Below, piece by piece: positions 56,287-64,000 of a DNA stretch of 64,000 nucleotides. Numbering within the stretch: the stretch's first letter is position 1; the number at the start of each line of letters is the position of its first letter. The position numbers and the translations under genes are program-made. This stretch comes from Patescibacteria group bacterium (GTDB lineage Bacteria > Patescibacteriota > Patescibacteriia > Patescibacteriales > UBA12465), in the NCBI GenBank assembly GCA_050949525.1, contig JBMNFW010000001.1:335890-399889 (forward strand), read 5' to 3'. The notes under the pieces are model-generated. The model did not search any database. It worked only from the letters and a program-made list of their open reading frames with translations, and was not told the origin of the DNA.

Positions 56287-56358
56287 ATAATTTGTAATTA
56301 ATTTTTAATTTATGCTCCAATTTTAAATTAAAAAATTATAAGTGTCAAAAATGAGGTG

Positions 56359-56387
56359 TTGACAATTGCCTTTAAATATGTTATAAG
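56359..56387 (+). promoter_or_regulatory. Consensus sigma70-like promoter
   Basis: TTGACA, 17 nt, then TATAAG. It is preceded by the same AGGTG as the 7646 promoter. Confidence 0.6.
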
Positions 56388-56394
56388 TTTAAAT

Positions 56395-56613
56395 TAGTTC
56401 TTTTAAAAGTTTTTGGGTAGGAGCGTTTTTGATATAAAAATTTGTATAAAAAACGCTCTTACTCAGGAAAATGTAAAACATCAGCACTCTCCTAATTACA
56501 ACACCCAATATAGACTTAGTCGGTCAGGAGATGGGATGAGTAAAACGCTATTGCTGATAGAAATCAGAAAAAACTAGGTTTTGATTTAAATCCCGGGCCT
56601 AGCGGGTAATACA
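56395..56613 (+). ncRNA. Candidate structured 5' leader or small RNA, starting with the leader box
   Basis: It starts with TAGTTCTTTTAAAA and has a 16-bp hairpin (GGGTAGGAGCGTTTTT / AAAAACGCTCTTACTC). Nested helices are ATCAGCA/TGCTGAT and TCTCCT/AGGAGA. G+C is locally raised, and its 5' and 3' ends are complementary. Confidence 0.4.
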
Positions 56614-57138
56614 ATGAGAATATCAAAAAAAATTGACTATCACAATCATCGAGAAATCAATACTCCAGGGGGAGTTTTTTTCTCTTTTATTCCTCATCTT
56701 TTTAAAGGTGATAGAGGAAGTCTGGTTATGATTGAGAAAAAATTAGTCAAAAAAATTTACGAGGAAGAAAAAACCCTCGTAACGGTTAGAGAGAAAACCG
56801 GTAAGGATGATCGAAAATATTTCGTCATCCGTAGCCCCAAAAACAAGGAGGACAAATATAGATTATTTGTTATCTCCTGTGGTGGGAATCAAGACCGCCG
56901 AGAGGATTATGGTCACTTCAGAATTAGGAATATCAAAGATGGGATAATAATTTATGATATCTCATCTTGGTGGGGGGAGAACCATCAAGTGTTAGTAGCA
57001 CTAAAAAAAGATGGTTATATAGAGATCGAAGGAAACCATGGTGCTGGTTTCAAGGGGCGCCATCCTCAACCAGATTTTTTAATAAAATTAAGCAGTGATG
57101 GCTCAGAAGAGCATATCACTGATCTCGATATTGATTAA
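56614..57138 (+). CDS. Hypothetical soluble protein (ORFan)
   Basis: A 174-aa ORF followed by a strong terminator (57145-57175). I recognise no family. Confidence 0.55.
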   Translation: MRISKKIDYHNHREINTPGGVFFSFIPHLFKGDRGSLVMIEKKLVKKIYEEEKTLVTVREKTGKDDRKYFVIRSPKNKEDKYRLFVISCGGNQDRREDYGHFRIRNIKDGIIIYDISSWWGENHQVLVALKKDGYIEIEGNHGAGFKGRHPQPDFLIKLSSDGSEEHITDLDID

Positions 57139-57144
57139 AAAATA

Positions 57145-57175
57145 AAACCTGTTTCAAATGAGACAGGTTTTTTTA
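57145..57175 (+). terminator. Rho-independent terminator
   Basis: Stem AAACCTGT / ACAGGTTT (extendable) followed by a T7 run. Confidence 0.7.
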
Positions 57176-57225
57176 AACTCCTTGCTTTTTTTATATCTTT
57201 ATGATAATGTTTCTTTGTTATTCAA

Positions 57226-57238
57226 TAGTTCTTTAAAA
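57226..57238 (+). promoter_or_regulatory. Conserved leader box TAGTTCTTTAAAA
   Basis: TAGTTCTTTAAAAAATATATT then ATG. It matches the 7679-7699 leader at 21 of 23 positions. Confidence 0.6.
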
Positions 57239-57246
57239 AATATATT

Positions 57247-57783
57247 ATGGATAATATTACTTTTATAATATTAATTTTAACTATTACTGTAGCAGTAGTA
57301 GTTAGATTTCTGATGTTTTCCAAGCCTTTTAGTAAAGAGGCTATAGAGGAGAAACAGAAGGATCTGGATGGCATTATCCAGACCGCTAAAAAGATTGGAT
57401 ATAGTTTAGAAAAAAAGGATGCCGAAGAATACATGCTCGAGACCAGGGACAGTATTAAAGGCTTTATGCTTTTTATACTAGCATGTATTTTGAGTATAAT
57501 ATTTTTCATTTTCTTTCGAGAAAGTGATGAAATATTATCACTAGGAGCGTCAGTATTATTCTTGGGATGTTATGGCTTGGCTGTGGCCAGTCCTAAAGGA
57601 ATAATAAAGGCGTTGATGCTGGGCATCTTTATTTTTTTAATGTTTGTATTCTACTTGTATCTCCGAAGTCGGGGAATAGAAGTAGAATTCCGGCTTACCA
57701 GATTGCTGATTTTTATTTATTTTATCTTCTTTGGTTTTTTCTTATTATTAGAAATTAAGCCAAAAGAAGAAAAAAAAGAATAA
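57247..57783 (+). CDS. Hypothetical multi-pass membrane protein
   Basis: An N-terminal TM helix, a charged loop and four further helices. A terminator lies at 57791-57820. Confidence 0.6.
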   Translation: MDNITFIILILTITVAVVVRFLMFSKPFSKEAIEEKQKDLDGIIQTAKKIGYSLEKKDAEEYMLETRDSIKGFMLFILACILSIIFFIFFRESDEILSLGASVLFLGCYGLAVASPKGIIKALMLGIFIFLMFVFYLYLRSRGIEVEFRLTRLLIFIYFIFFGFFLLLEIKPKEEKKE

Positions 57784-57872
57784 TAAGTAGACCTCGAATT
57801 TTTTAATTCGGGGTTTTTTTATTTAAAGAAAAATGTTATAATGAAAGAGTCATGTAATTAAATAAAAAAGAT

Positions 57873-58361
57873 ATGAAAAAAAGCTTTATGATTAATCGTT
57901 TTAGATATGCGGCGGCTGTTATTGGAGTTTTTTTGGTTTCATTTATAAATAAAATTATAGTTCAAAGTGGACAGGATTGGTATAATTTTATTAATCTTCC
58001 CGCCTATATCCCAAATATTAAGTCTAATAGAATAATTTTAAGTATTATTTTTATTTTGATTTTTTTATCTATATTCTTTTTTCTTAGAAATAATAAAGAG
58101 AATAAGGAGATTCGTTATCAAGCTATACTTATATTTTTCTTAACTAATGGAATTCTAAATATTTTTTGTTTTACTTTATTTTTTGCTTGGAATTTAGTAT
58201 TTTGGTCTATTTGGGGAATAGTATTTTTAAATCTTTCTACCTTAACTTTAATAATTCTTTTAGCTAAGAATAATAAATTATCCTCAATATTATTAATTCC
58301 ATATTTCTTAGGTGGGGTTGGGATCTCTTACGTCTTATATAATATTTATTTAATAAATTAA
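57873..58361 (+). CDS. TspO/MBR-like five-TM membrane protein (divergent)
   Basis: 162 aa. The DWYNFINLPAYIP and LLIPYFLGG spacing resembles TspO (WY..L.KP.W.P ... PYL.W), but most conserved Trp residues are absent. Confidence 0.4.
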   Translation: MKKSFMINRFRYAAAVIGVFLVSFINKIIVQSGQDWYNFINLPAYIPNIKSNRIILSIIFILIFLSIFFFLRNNKENKEIRYQAILIFFLTNGILNIFCFTLFFAWNLVFWSIWGIVFLNLSTLTLIILLAKNNKLSSILLIPYFLGGVGISYVLYNIYLIN

Positions 58362-58365
58362 TAAT

Positions 58366-59031
58366 ATGTTAAATATTGAAACAGTAAAAAAACATCCAGG
58401 CGTTAAAGCCTGTATTAAAAAATCAGAACAATATCTAAACAGTTTAGGTTTTACTGATCATGGATCTCGTCATTTAGGAGTAGTTTCTGATCGAGCCAGA
58501 AGTTTAGCCAAAAAAATTGGTTTAAATGAAAGGGGACAAGAATTAGCTACCATTGCTGGATATTGTCATGATATGGGTAATTTTTTACATCGTAAAGGGC
58601 ATTGTTATACTGGAGCGATGTTATTTGGGCAGTTTTTTTGGAACTCTACTGAAAAAAAAGAGGAGATTTTAGAGGTTATGCAAGCCATAGCCAATCATGA
58701 TGAAAGTGATTATGAAATTATTAACAAGATTGGTGCTGTTCTCATATTAGCTGATAAATCTGATGTGCATCGAAGTCGGGTTAGAAACAAGGATTTAAAA
58801 TCTATTCAAGAAGATATTCATGATCGGGTTAATTATTCAGTAGTCGATTCTTCTTTTTCTCTTAATGATAAAAAGAAGGAGATCGTTTTGAAGTTAAAAA
58901 TTGATACCAAAATTACGGGAGCTATGGAGTATTTTGAAATTTTTAATGATCGAATGATAGCTTGTCGCCGAGCCGCTAAATATTTAGGCTATGGTTTTGT
59001 TTTGGTTATTAATAATTTTAAATTAGATTAA
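58366..59031 (+). CDS. HD-domain phosphohydrolase
   Basis: HGSRHL ... GYCHDMGN ... NHDE ... LADKSD pattern. Confidence 0.7.
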   Translation: MLNIETVKKHPGVKACIKKSEQYLNSLGFTDHGSRHLGVVSDRARSLAKKIGLNERGQELATIAGYCHDMGNFLHRKGHCYTGAMLFGQFFWNSTEKKEEILEVMQAIANHDESDYEIINKIGAVLILADKSDVHRSRVRNKDLKSIQEDIHDRVNYSVVDSSFSLNDKKKEIVLKLKIDTKITGAMEYFEIFNDRMIACRRAAKYLGYGFVLVINNFKLD

Positions 59032-59033
59032 TT

Positions 59034-59852
59034 ATGATTGGAGTTTTTGATTCGGGGGTTGGTGGTTTAAGTGTTTTACGTCGTTTTTTGAAAAATAATT
59101 CTGATTATAGTTATCTTTATTTAGGTGATAACGCTAATGTGCCTTATGGTAATAAATCACCTGAAATTATTTATCAATATAGTCAAAGGGCTATTGATTT
59201 TTTAGTTAGTCAAGGCGCTAAATTAATCATCATAGCTTGTAATAGTGCTTCGGCTCAAGCTTTAAGAAGGCTACAGCAAGAATATTTACCCCTTAAACAC
59301 CCTCAAATTAAGGTTTTAGGGGTTATTAGGCCAATAGTTGAAGAAATAGCTGCTCGTTCTAATTTGGAGCGAATTGGCTTAATTGGAACCCGAGCTACAA
59401 TCAATTCTCAGGTTTATGAAATAGAGTTAAAATCTTTAAGACCTGATTTAAAAATTTTTACTAAAGCTACTCCTTTATTAGTTCCTTTAATTGAAGAAGA
59501 TTGGATGAAAAAACCAGAAACTAAAATGATTTTAAAAAAATATTTAATTAGTTTGAAGAATAAACAAGTTCAGGCTTTAGTTTTGGCTTGCACTCATTAT
59601 CCGTTTCTATTAAAACAATTTCAGAGAATTATGGGTAAGACTTGTTTAGTTTTAGATCCATCCCAAATAGTTAGTGAAAAATTAAAAGATTATCTTACTC
59701 GTCATCCAGAAATAGATGATGTATTAGATAAGGATTCTAAGATTTTAAAATTTTTTACTACTGATAGTATAGAAAAGTTTCAGGATCTAGGGGAAAGGTT
59801 TTTGGGACAAAAAATGGAGAAAGTGGAGAGAGTTTCTTTACCACTTTTTTAA
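59034..59852 (+). CDS. murI: Glutamate racemase
   Basis: IGVFDSGVGGLSV, and the catalytic Cys contexts IACNSASA and ACTHYP. Confidence 0.9.
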   Translation: MIGVFDSGVGGLSVLRRFLKNNSDYSYLYLGDNANVPYGNKSPEIIYQYSQRAIDFLVSQGAKLIIIACNSASAQALRRLQQEYLPLKHPQIKVLGVIRPIVEEIAARSNLERIGLIGTRATINSQVYEIELKSLRPDLKIFTKATPLLVPLIEEDWMKKPETKMILKKYLISLKNKQVQALVLACTHYPFLLKQFQRIMGKTCLVLDPSQIVSEKLKDYLTRHPEIDDVLDKDSKILKFFTTDSIEKFQDLGERFLGQKMEKVERVSLPLF

Positions 59853-60518
59853 ATCTAGTTTATAACCTCGTCCCTTAATAGTATGAATTAATTCTCGTTT
59901 ATTCCTATTAGGATTTAGTTTTCGACGAAGTTTTAGGATATGAGATTCGATAGTGTTAGAGAAAGGATCGGCATTAAAATCCCAAACATTTTCCATTAAA
60001 ACTGTTCGGGATAAAACCTGTCCTTGATTTTTTAAAAAGAACTCTAAGAGCATTAATTCTTTAAAAGTTAGATAAATACTGTCTTTACCTCGAATTACTG
60101 TGTGACGATCCATGTCTACTTCTAAGTCATCAATTTGGTATTTAGTTTTTTGCACTTGGTTGGGGCGACGTAAGACAGCTTTAATTCGAGATAGAAGTTC
60201 ATTAAAGACAAAAGGTTTGGAAATATAATCATCAACTCCTAAATTAAAAAACTGATCTTTAGTTTCTGGAGAAGAGTCAACCGTTAGGGCGATGATTTTA
60301 ATGTTTTTATTTTCTGATCTAATTTCATTAATAATTTCTAGACCAGTTTTTTCCGGTAAATAATAATCTAGGATAATGAGATCGTAATGATTGGTGCGAT
60401 AAAGAAAGAGCCCATCTTTACCATTATAGGCTTGATCAATAATGAAAAATTCTCTTTTGAGGGCTGTTTTTAAAAGTTCGACAATCTCTTTGTCGTCTTC
60501 GATGATGAGTATTTTCAT
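59838..60518 (-). CDS. OmpR/PhoB-family response regulator
   Basis: Receiver domain (IEDD, the phospho-acceptor context LIILDYYLP, and a conserved K) plus a winged-helix C-terminus (IHTIKGRGYKL). Confidence 0.85.
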   Translation of the reverse strand: MKILIIEDDKEIVELLKTALKREFFIIDQAYNGKDGLFLYRTNHYDLIILDYYLPEKTGLEIINEIRSENKNIKIIALTVDSSPETKDQFFNLGVDDYISKPFVFNELLSRIKAVLRRPNQVQKTKYQIDDLEVDMDRHTVIRGKDSIYLTFKELMLLEFFLKNQGQVLSRTVLMENVWDFNADPFSNTIESHILKLRRKLNPNRNKRELIHTIKGRGYKLDLKKW

Positions 60519-60627
60519 AAAACATCGGTTAATTATAATTAAAAATATTTTATCGTATTAATCTTAACAACCACTTAAATTGTAGATAAATTTAATTTAA
60601 ATTGATAATTGGCTTAGTTAATTTTTG

Positions 60628-60636
60628 TGCTATAAT
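60628..60636 (+). promoter_or_regulatory. Extended -10 promoter TGCTATAAT, 6 nt before the ATG
   Basis: TGCTATAAT ends at 60636 and the flippase ATG is at 60643. This implies a leaderless or near-leaderless mRNA. Confidence 0.5.
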
Positions 60637-60642
60637 ATTTTT

Positions 60643-62103
60643 ATGGAAAAATCAAAAAGGATAAACAATTTAGCTCGAAATACTTCTTACCTAACCATCG
60701 CTTTAATTATTCAAAAGGTATTTTCTTTTTCTTACTTTGTTTTATTGGCTCGTAATATTGGCCCGGAGAATTTAGGTAAGTATTATTTTGCTATTTCTTT
60801 AACTACTATTTTTGCTATTTTTATTGATCTTGGTTTAGTTAATTATTTAATTCGAGAAACTGCTAAAGGCTTAGAGTCATCTACTAAATTATTATCTAAT
60901 ATTCTGGGTTTGAAAATTATTTTAAGTTCCGTATCTTTAATAGCGGTATTTCTTTTTATTAATTTTTTAGGACATTATGATACTCTTAGTAAACATTTAG
61001 TGTATATTTCTAGTATTTCTATGATCTTGGATTCATTTACTTTAAGTTTTTTTGGTGTTATTCGTGGTTTTCATAATTTAAAATATGAAAGCATTGCTTC
61101 AGTTATCTTTCAGGTTATAGTTTTAGTATTAGGTTGGATATTTTTAAGTTTGGGGTTAGATTTAAGAATCGTTATTTTATCTCTAGTAGTTGCTAGTATT
61201 TTTAATTTTATTTATTCTTTGTCAGTTTTAAAGTTTAAACTTAAATTTCCTATTAAAATATCTTTTGACTTTCCCTTGATTAGAAAAATTTTAGTTTTAA
61301 GTTTACCTTTTGCTCTTTATGGTATATTTCAGCGACTCTATACTTATTTAGACTCTGTTTTTTTATCATTTTTTTCTGGTGATTATTATGTCGGTATTTA
61401 TCAAATTGCTTTTAAAATAATATTTGCGCTTCAATTTTTACCCATGGCTTTTGTGGCCTCCCTATATCCAGCTATGAGCTATTATTGGCAAAATAATCGA
61501 GAGCAATTAAGAATAGCTTTTAGGCGATCTATTGATTATTTAGCTTTAATTGCTATTCCTATTTCTTTAGCTGTTTTTCTTTTATCAGATCAAATTTTGT
61601 TAATTTTTAAAAATGATTTTTTTGGGGCTAGTGTTCCATTACGTATCTCGATCTTAGCCTTAATTTTTATTTTTCTAAATTTCCCGGTCGGATCTTTACT
61701 TAATGCGGCTAATTATCAAGCTCGCAATACTCGCAATATGTTAATTACCTTAATCACTTCTATTATTTTAAATTTAATTTTTATTCCACGTTGGCAAGCT
61801 TTGGGTGCTTCAGTTGTAGTTTTGATTAGTAATGCTTTAATGTTAATTTTAGGTTTAATAGAGGTTAAGAAGATTATACCATATAGTTGGAAAGATAATC
61901 TAAAGGTTTTTATTCGAATAATTTTTTCAGCTTTAGTTATGGGGGTTTTTCTATCTTTATTAAAGGATCATATTAATCTTTTCCTTTTAATTATTGTTGC
62001 AGGATTATTATATTTCCTCGTTTTATTTTTAGTGGGTGGTATTAAAAAAAGTGATTTAAATTATATTCTAAATTCTTTTATTAAATCCAAAAAACAGATA
62101 TGA
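60643..62103 (+). CDS. Polysaccharide/lipid-linked oligosaccharide flippase (MOP/Wzx family)
   Basis: About 14 TM helices, typical Wzx length, and glycosyltransferase genes downstream. The start is taken at ATG 60643. Confidence 0.75.
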   Translation: MEKSKRINNLARNTSYLTIALIIQKVFSFSYFVLLARNIGPENLGKYYFAISLTTIFAIFIDLGLVNYLIRETAKGLESSTKLLSNILGLKIILSSVSLIAVFLFINFLGHYDTLSKHLVYISSISMILDSFTLSFFGVIRGFHNLKYESIASVIFQVIVLVLGWIFLSLGLDLRIVILSLVVASIFNFIYSLSVLKFKLKFPIKISFDFPLIRKILVLSLPFALYGIFQRLYTYLDSVFLSFFSGDYYVGIYQIAFKIIFALQFLPMAFVASLYPAMSYYWQNNREQLRIAFRRSIDYLALIAIPISLAVFLLSDQILLIFKNDFFGASVPLRISILALIFIFLNFPVGSLLNAANYQARNTRNMLITLITSIILNLIFIPRWQALGASVVVLISNALMLILGLIEVKKIIPYSWKDNLKVFIRIIFSALVMGVFLSLLKDHINLFLLIIVAGLLYFLVLFLVGGIKKSDLNYILNSFIKSKKQI

Positions 62104-63179
62104 AGTTTTTATTGATTACATTAGAATATTTTCCTTTTCACGGTGGAGTAGCTAAGTATTATACTAAAATGAAAGAGTTTTGGCCGTCGGAATCTAGTCT
62201 GGAAGTTTTAAGTTCGGAAAAAAAACTATTAAGTTCCCGAGGGCCATTAAAATGGCGTCGAGCGTTTTTTTCTATTAAAAAAATGATTAAGAGAAAAAAG
62301 GTAGATTATTTAATAATTGGTCAAATTTTACCCTTTGGTTCAGTGGCTTATTTTCTGTATCGATTTTTTAAAACTCCTTATGCCATTATTTTTCATGGTC
62401 TCGATTTTTCTTTAGCTACTAGAAATTCTTGGAAAAGATTTATTACTAAAAAAATATTAAAATCAGCTGATAAGATTATTTCAGCTAATTCATATACCGC
62501 TCAATTAATATCCGATTTTTTAGGTTCTGATTCTAAAATTAAAGTGGTTAATCCAGGAGTAGAAACTGAATTTAAGTCGTCGGAGTTAATAGGGAAAAGT
62601 TATGAAAATGAGGCGGCTTTGATACTTTTTAGTTTGGGTCGTTTGGTGCGTCGTAAAGGTTTTGATCAAAGTATTAAAGCTATCGGAGAAATTTTAAAAC
62701 AAGACCCTTCTTATCGGATTTTATATTTAATTGCTGGTCAAGGAGAGGCAGCTGATTATTTAAAAGATTTGGCTCAGGAAGTTTTAGGGGATAAATGGGA
62801 GAATTATATTAAATTTCTTGGTTCAATTAATGAGGAGGAAAAATGGGCTTATCTTTCTTTATCTGATATATTTATTATGCCAGCTCGTAATATTGCGGGT
62901 GATTTTGAGGGTTTTGGTATTGTTTATCTAGAAGCTAATTTAGCTAAAAAACCAGTAATAGCTGGTGATAGTGGCGGAGTTCGAGATGCGGTGGTTCATA
63001 ATCTTAATGGTCTTGTAGTTGATCCTGAAAACAGTTCTGATATTGCTCAAGCTATTTTAAAATTAGGTGGTGATAAAAAGGGAAGAGAATTAATGGGGCA
63101 AAAAGCTTATGAACGAGTTTTAAGTGATTTTCAATGGCCTAGATTAGTTAAGGAGATCTATAATTTTTTAAATAATTAA
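62100..63179 (+). CDS. Glycosyltransferase family 4
   Basis: C-terminal GT-B motif: GRLVRRKG, and EGFGIVYLEANLAKKPVIAGDSGG. Confidence 0.8.
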   Translation: MKFLLITLEYFPFHGGVAKYYTKMKEFWPSESSLEVLSSEKKLLSSRGPLKWRRAFFSIKKMIKRKKVDYLIIGQILPFGSVAYFLYRFFKTPYAIIFHGLDFSLATRNSWKRFITKKILKSADKIISANSYTAQLISDFLGSDSKIKVVNPGVETEFKSSELIGKSYENEAALILFSLGRLVRRKGFDQSIKAIGEILKQDPSYRILYLIAGQGEAADYLKDLAQEVLGDKWENYIKFLGSINEEEKWAYLSLSDIFIMPARNIAGDFEGFGIVYLEANLAKKPVIAGDSGGVRDAVVHNLNGLVVDPENSSDIAQAILKLGGDKKGRELMGQKAYERVLSDFQWPRLVKEIYNFLNN

Positions 63180-63878
63180 ATGATATCAATTATTATTCCG
63201 GTTTATAACGGAGCTAAAACTTTAGAAGAAACTTTAATTAGTATTGAAAAACAGAGCTACACTAATTATGAAGTTATTATTGTTAATGATGGTTCAACTG
63301 ATCGAACGATTAATGTTTTTGAGAAATTTATTCAGCAGCGAAATTTAAAAAATCGTTATTATTTTTTAAATCAAAGTAATCAGGGAGCTCCGGCGGCTCG
63401 TAACCATGGCGCTAAAAAAGCTCAAGGAAAGTTTCTTTTTTTCTGCGATGCTGATGCGACTTTAAAACCTCAAGCTTTAGAAAAAATGAGACAATACTTA
63501 ATGAATAATCCAGTAGTGTCTTATGCTTATTCTTCTTTTTATTGGGGAAAAAAATTATTTAAAGTAGGTCCTTTTAGCCCGCAACGTTTACAGCAAGGTC
63601 CCTATATTCACACTATGGCTTTAATCCGACGTGAGTGTTTTCCTGAATCTGGTTGGGATGAAAGTATAAAAAAGTTTCAAGATTGGGATTTATGGTTAAC
63701 TATGTTAAAAAATGGTTATCAAGGTGGATTTATTAAAGAAGCCCTTTTCACTGTTAAACCAGGAGGAACTATTAGTTCTTGGTTGCCATCAATAATGTAT
63801 CGTATAGCTCCTTTTTTACCAACTGTTAAGCGTTATAATAAAGCGTTAAAGATAATAAAAGATAAACATCGATTATGA
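63180..63878 (+). CDS. Glycosyltransferase family 2
   Basis: ISIIIPVYNG, IIVNDGSTD and the FCDADA (DxD) motif. Confidence 0.85.
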   Translation: MISIIIPVYNGAKTLEETLISIEKQSYTNYEVIIVNDGSTDRTINVFEKFIQQRNLKNRYYFLNQSNQGAPAARNHGAKKAQGKFLFFCDADATLKPQALEKMRQYLMNNPVVSYAYSSFYWGKKLFKVGPFSPQRLQQGPYIHTMALIRRECFPESGWDESIKKFQDWDLWLTMLKNGYQGGFIKEALFTVKPGGTISSWLPSIMYRIAPFLPTVKRYNKALKIIKDKHRL

Positions 63879-64000
63879 ATATTAATTTAGAGAAAATATT
63901 AATTAATAAGAAATCTATTTTTTTAATAATAGCCTTATTTTTGTTTTTAGATTTATTATCTTTTTTTTCTTTTTTTAATCTTAAGGTTAATACTTTAATT
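63875..64000 (+). CDS. Hypothetical membrane protein (3' partial)
   Basis: An ATGA start/stop overlap with the GT2 gene. The frame is open to the window end and encodes a hydrophobic segment. Confidence 0.35.
   Translation, partial: MNINLEKILINKKSIFLIIALFLFLDLLSFFSFFNLKVNTLI

Noticed and set aside
56413-56577. A 54-codon TTG-initiated ORF inside the structured leader.
   Set aside because: The TTG start is only 4 nt after the box, there is no RBS, and the interval is dominated by long helices. It is kept as the alternative hypothesis in the finding, not called as a CDS.

Overview
The window is AT-rich (about 30 % G+C by eye), densely packed and mostly on the + strand. Long ORFs end at TGA, TAA and TAG, so the standard bacterial code applies. 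The gene content looks like a reduced-genome, CPR/Patescibacteria-like bacterium; that assignment is inference. Content includes a type IV pilus cluster, FemAB, many ORFan membrane proteins and few Shine-Dalgarno sites.

Housekeeping genes I can support:
- S41 peptidase (5' partial), pyrG, corA, metG, gpmI, an SDR
- two tRNA-Ser genes
- ligA, gatC, gatA, parA, parB, dnaE, ybeY, rlmH, murI, a family-4 UDG, comF
- a pilM-N-O-B-C cluster with pilin-like genes
- a nucleoside phosphorylase / class II aldolase / MtnA trio
- a flippase and glycosyltransferase cluster at the 3' end

There are two accessory regions:
1. 10.6-16.0 kb. A visibly higher-GC foreign segment abuts tRNA-Ser(TGA). It holds a truncated XRE gene, two zinc-ribbon membrane proteins (one M48-like), a GC-rich structured spacer, an IS481-like DDE element and an AbiEi/AbiEii pair.
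2. 44.0-47.6 kb. This region holds an XRE-Panacea (DUF4065) antitoxin with a RelE/ParE-like toxin, an M.EcoRI-family N6-adenine methyltransferase and a DUF262-HNH nuclease.

Most notable observations:
- A (GA)8 tract sits near the 3' end of the methyltransferase. All three reading frames stay open after it, and each ends in its own copy of the family's C-terminal Y-x-R-[IV]-x-[IV]-R motif. This suggests a three-way frameshift switch of the C-terminus rather than simple ON/OFF.
- A near-invariant TAGTTCTTT(T)AAAA box lies at a fixed distance (AGTTC to ATG is 20-21 nt) upstream of five dispersed ORFan envelope-protein genes. It also starts a roughly 220-nt structured leader.
- PyrG has lost glutaminase catalytic residues, and GatA has a shortened GGSSGGS motif.

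I saw no CRISPR array, rRNA or reverse transcriptase.
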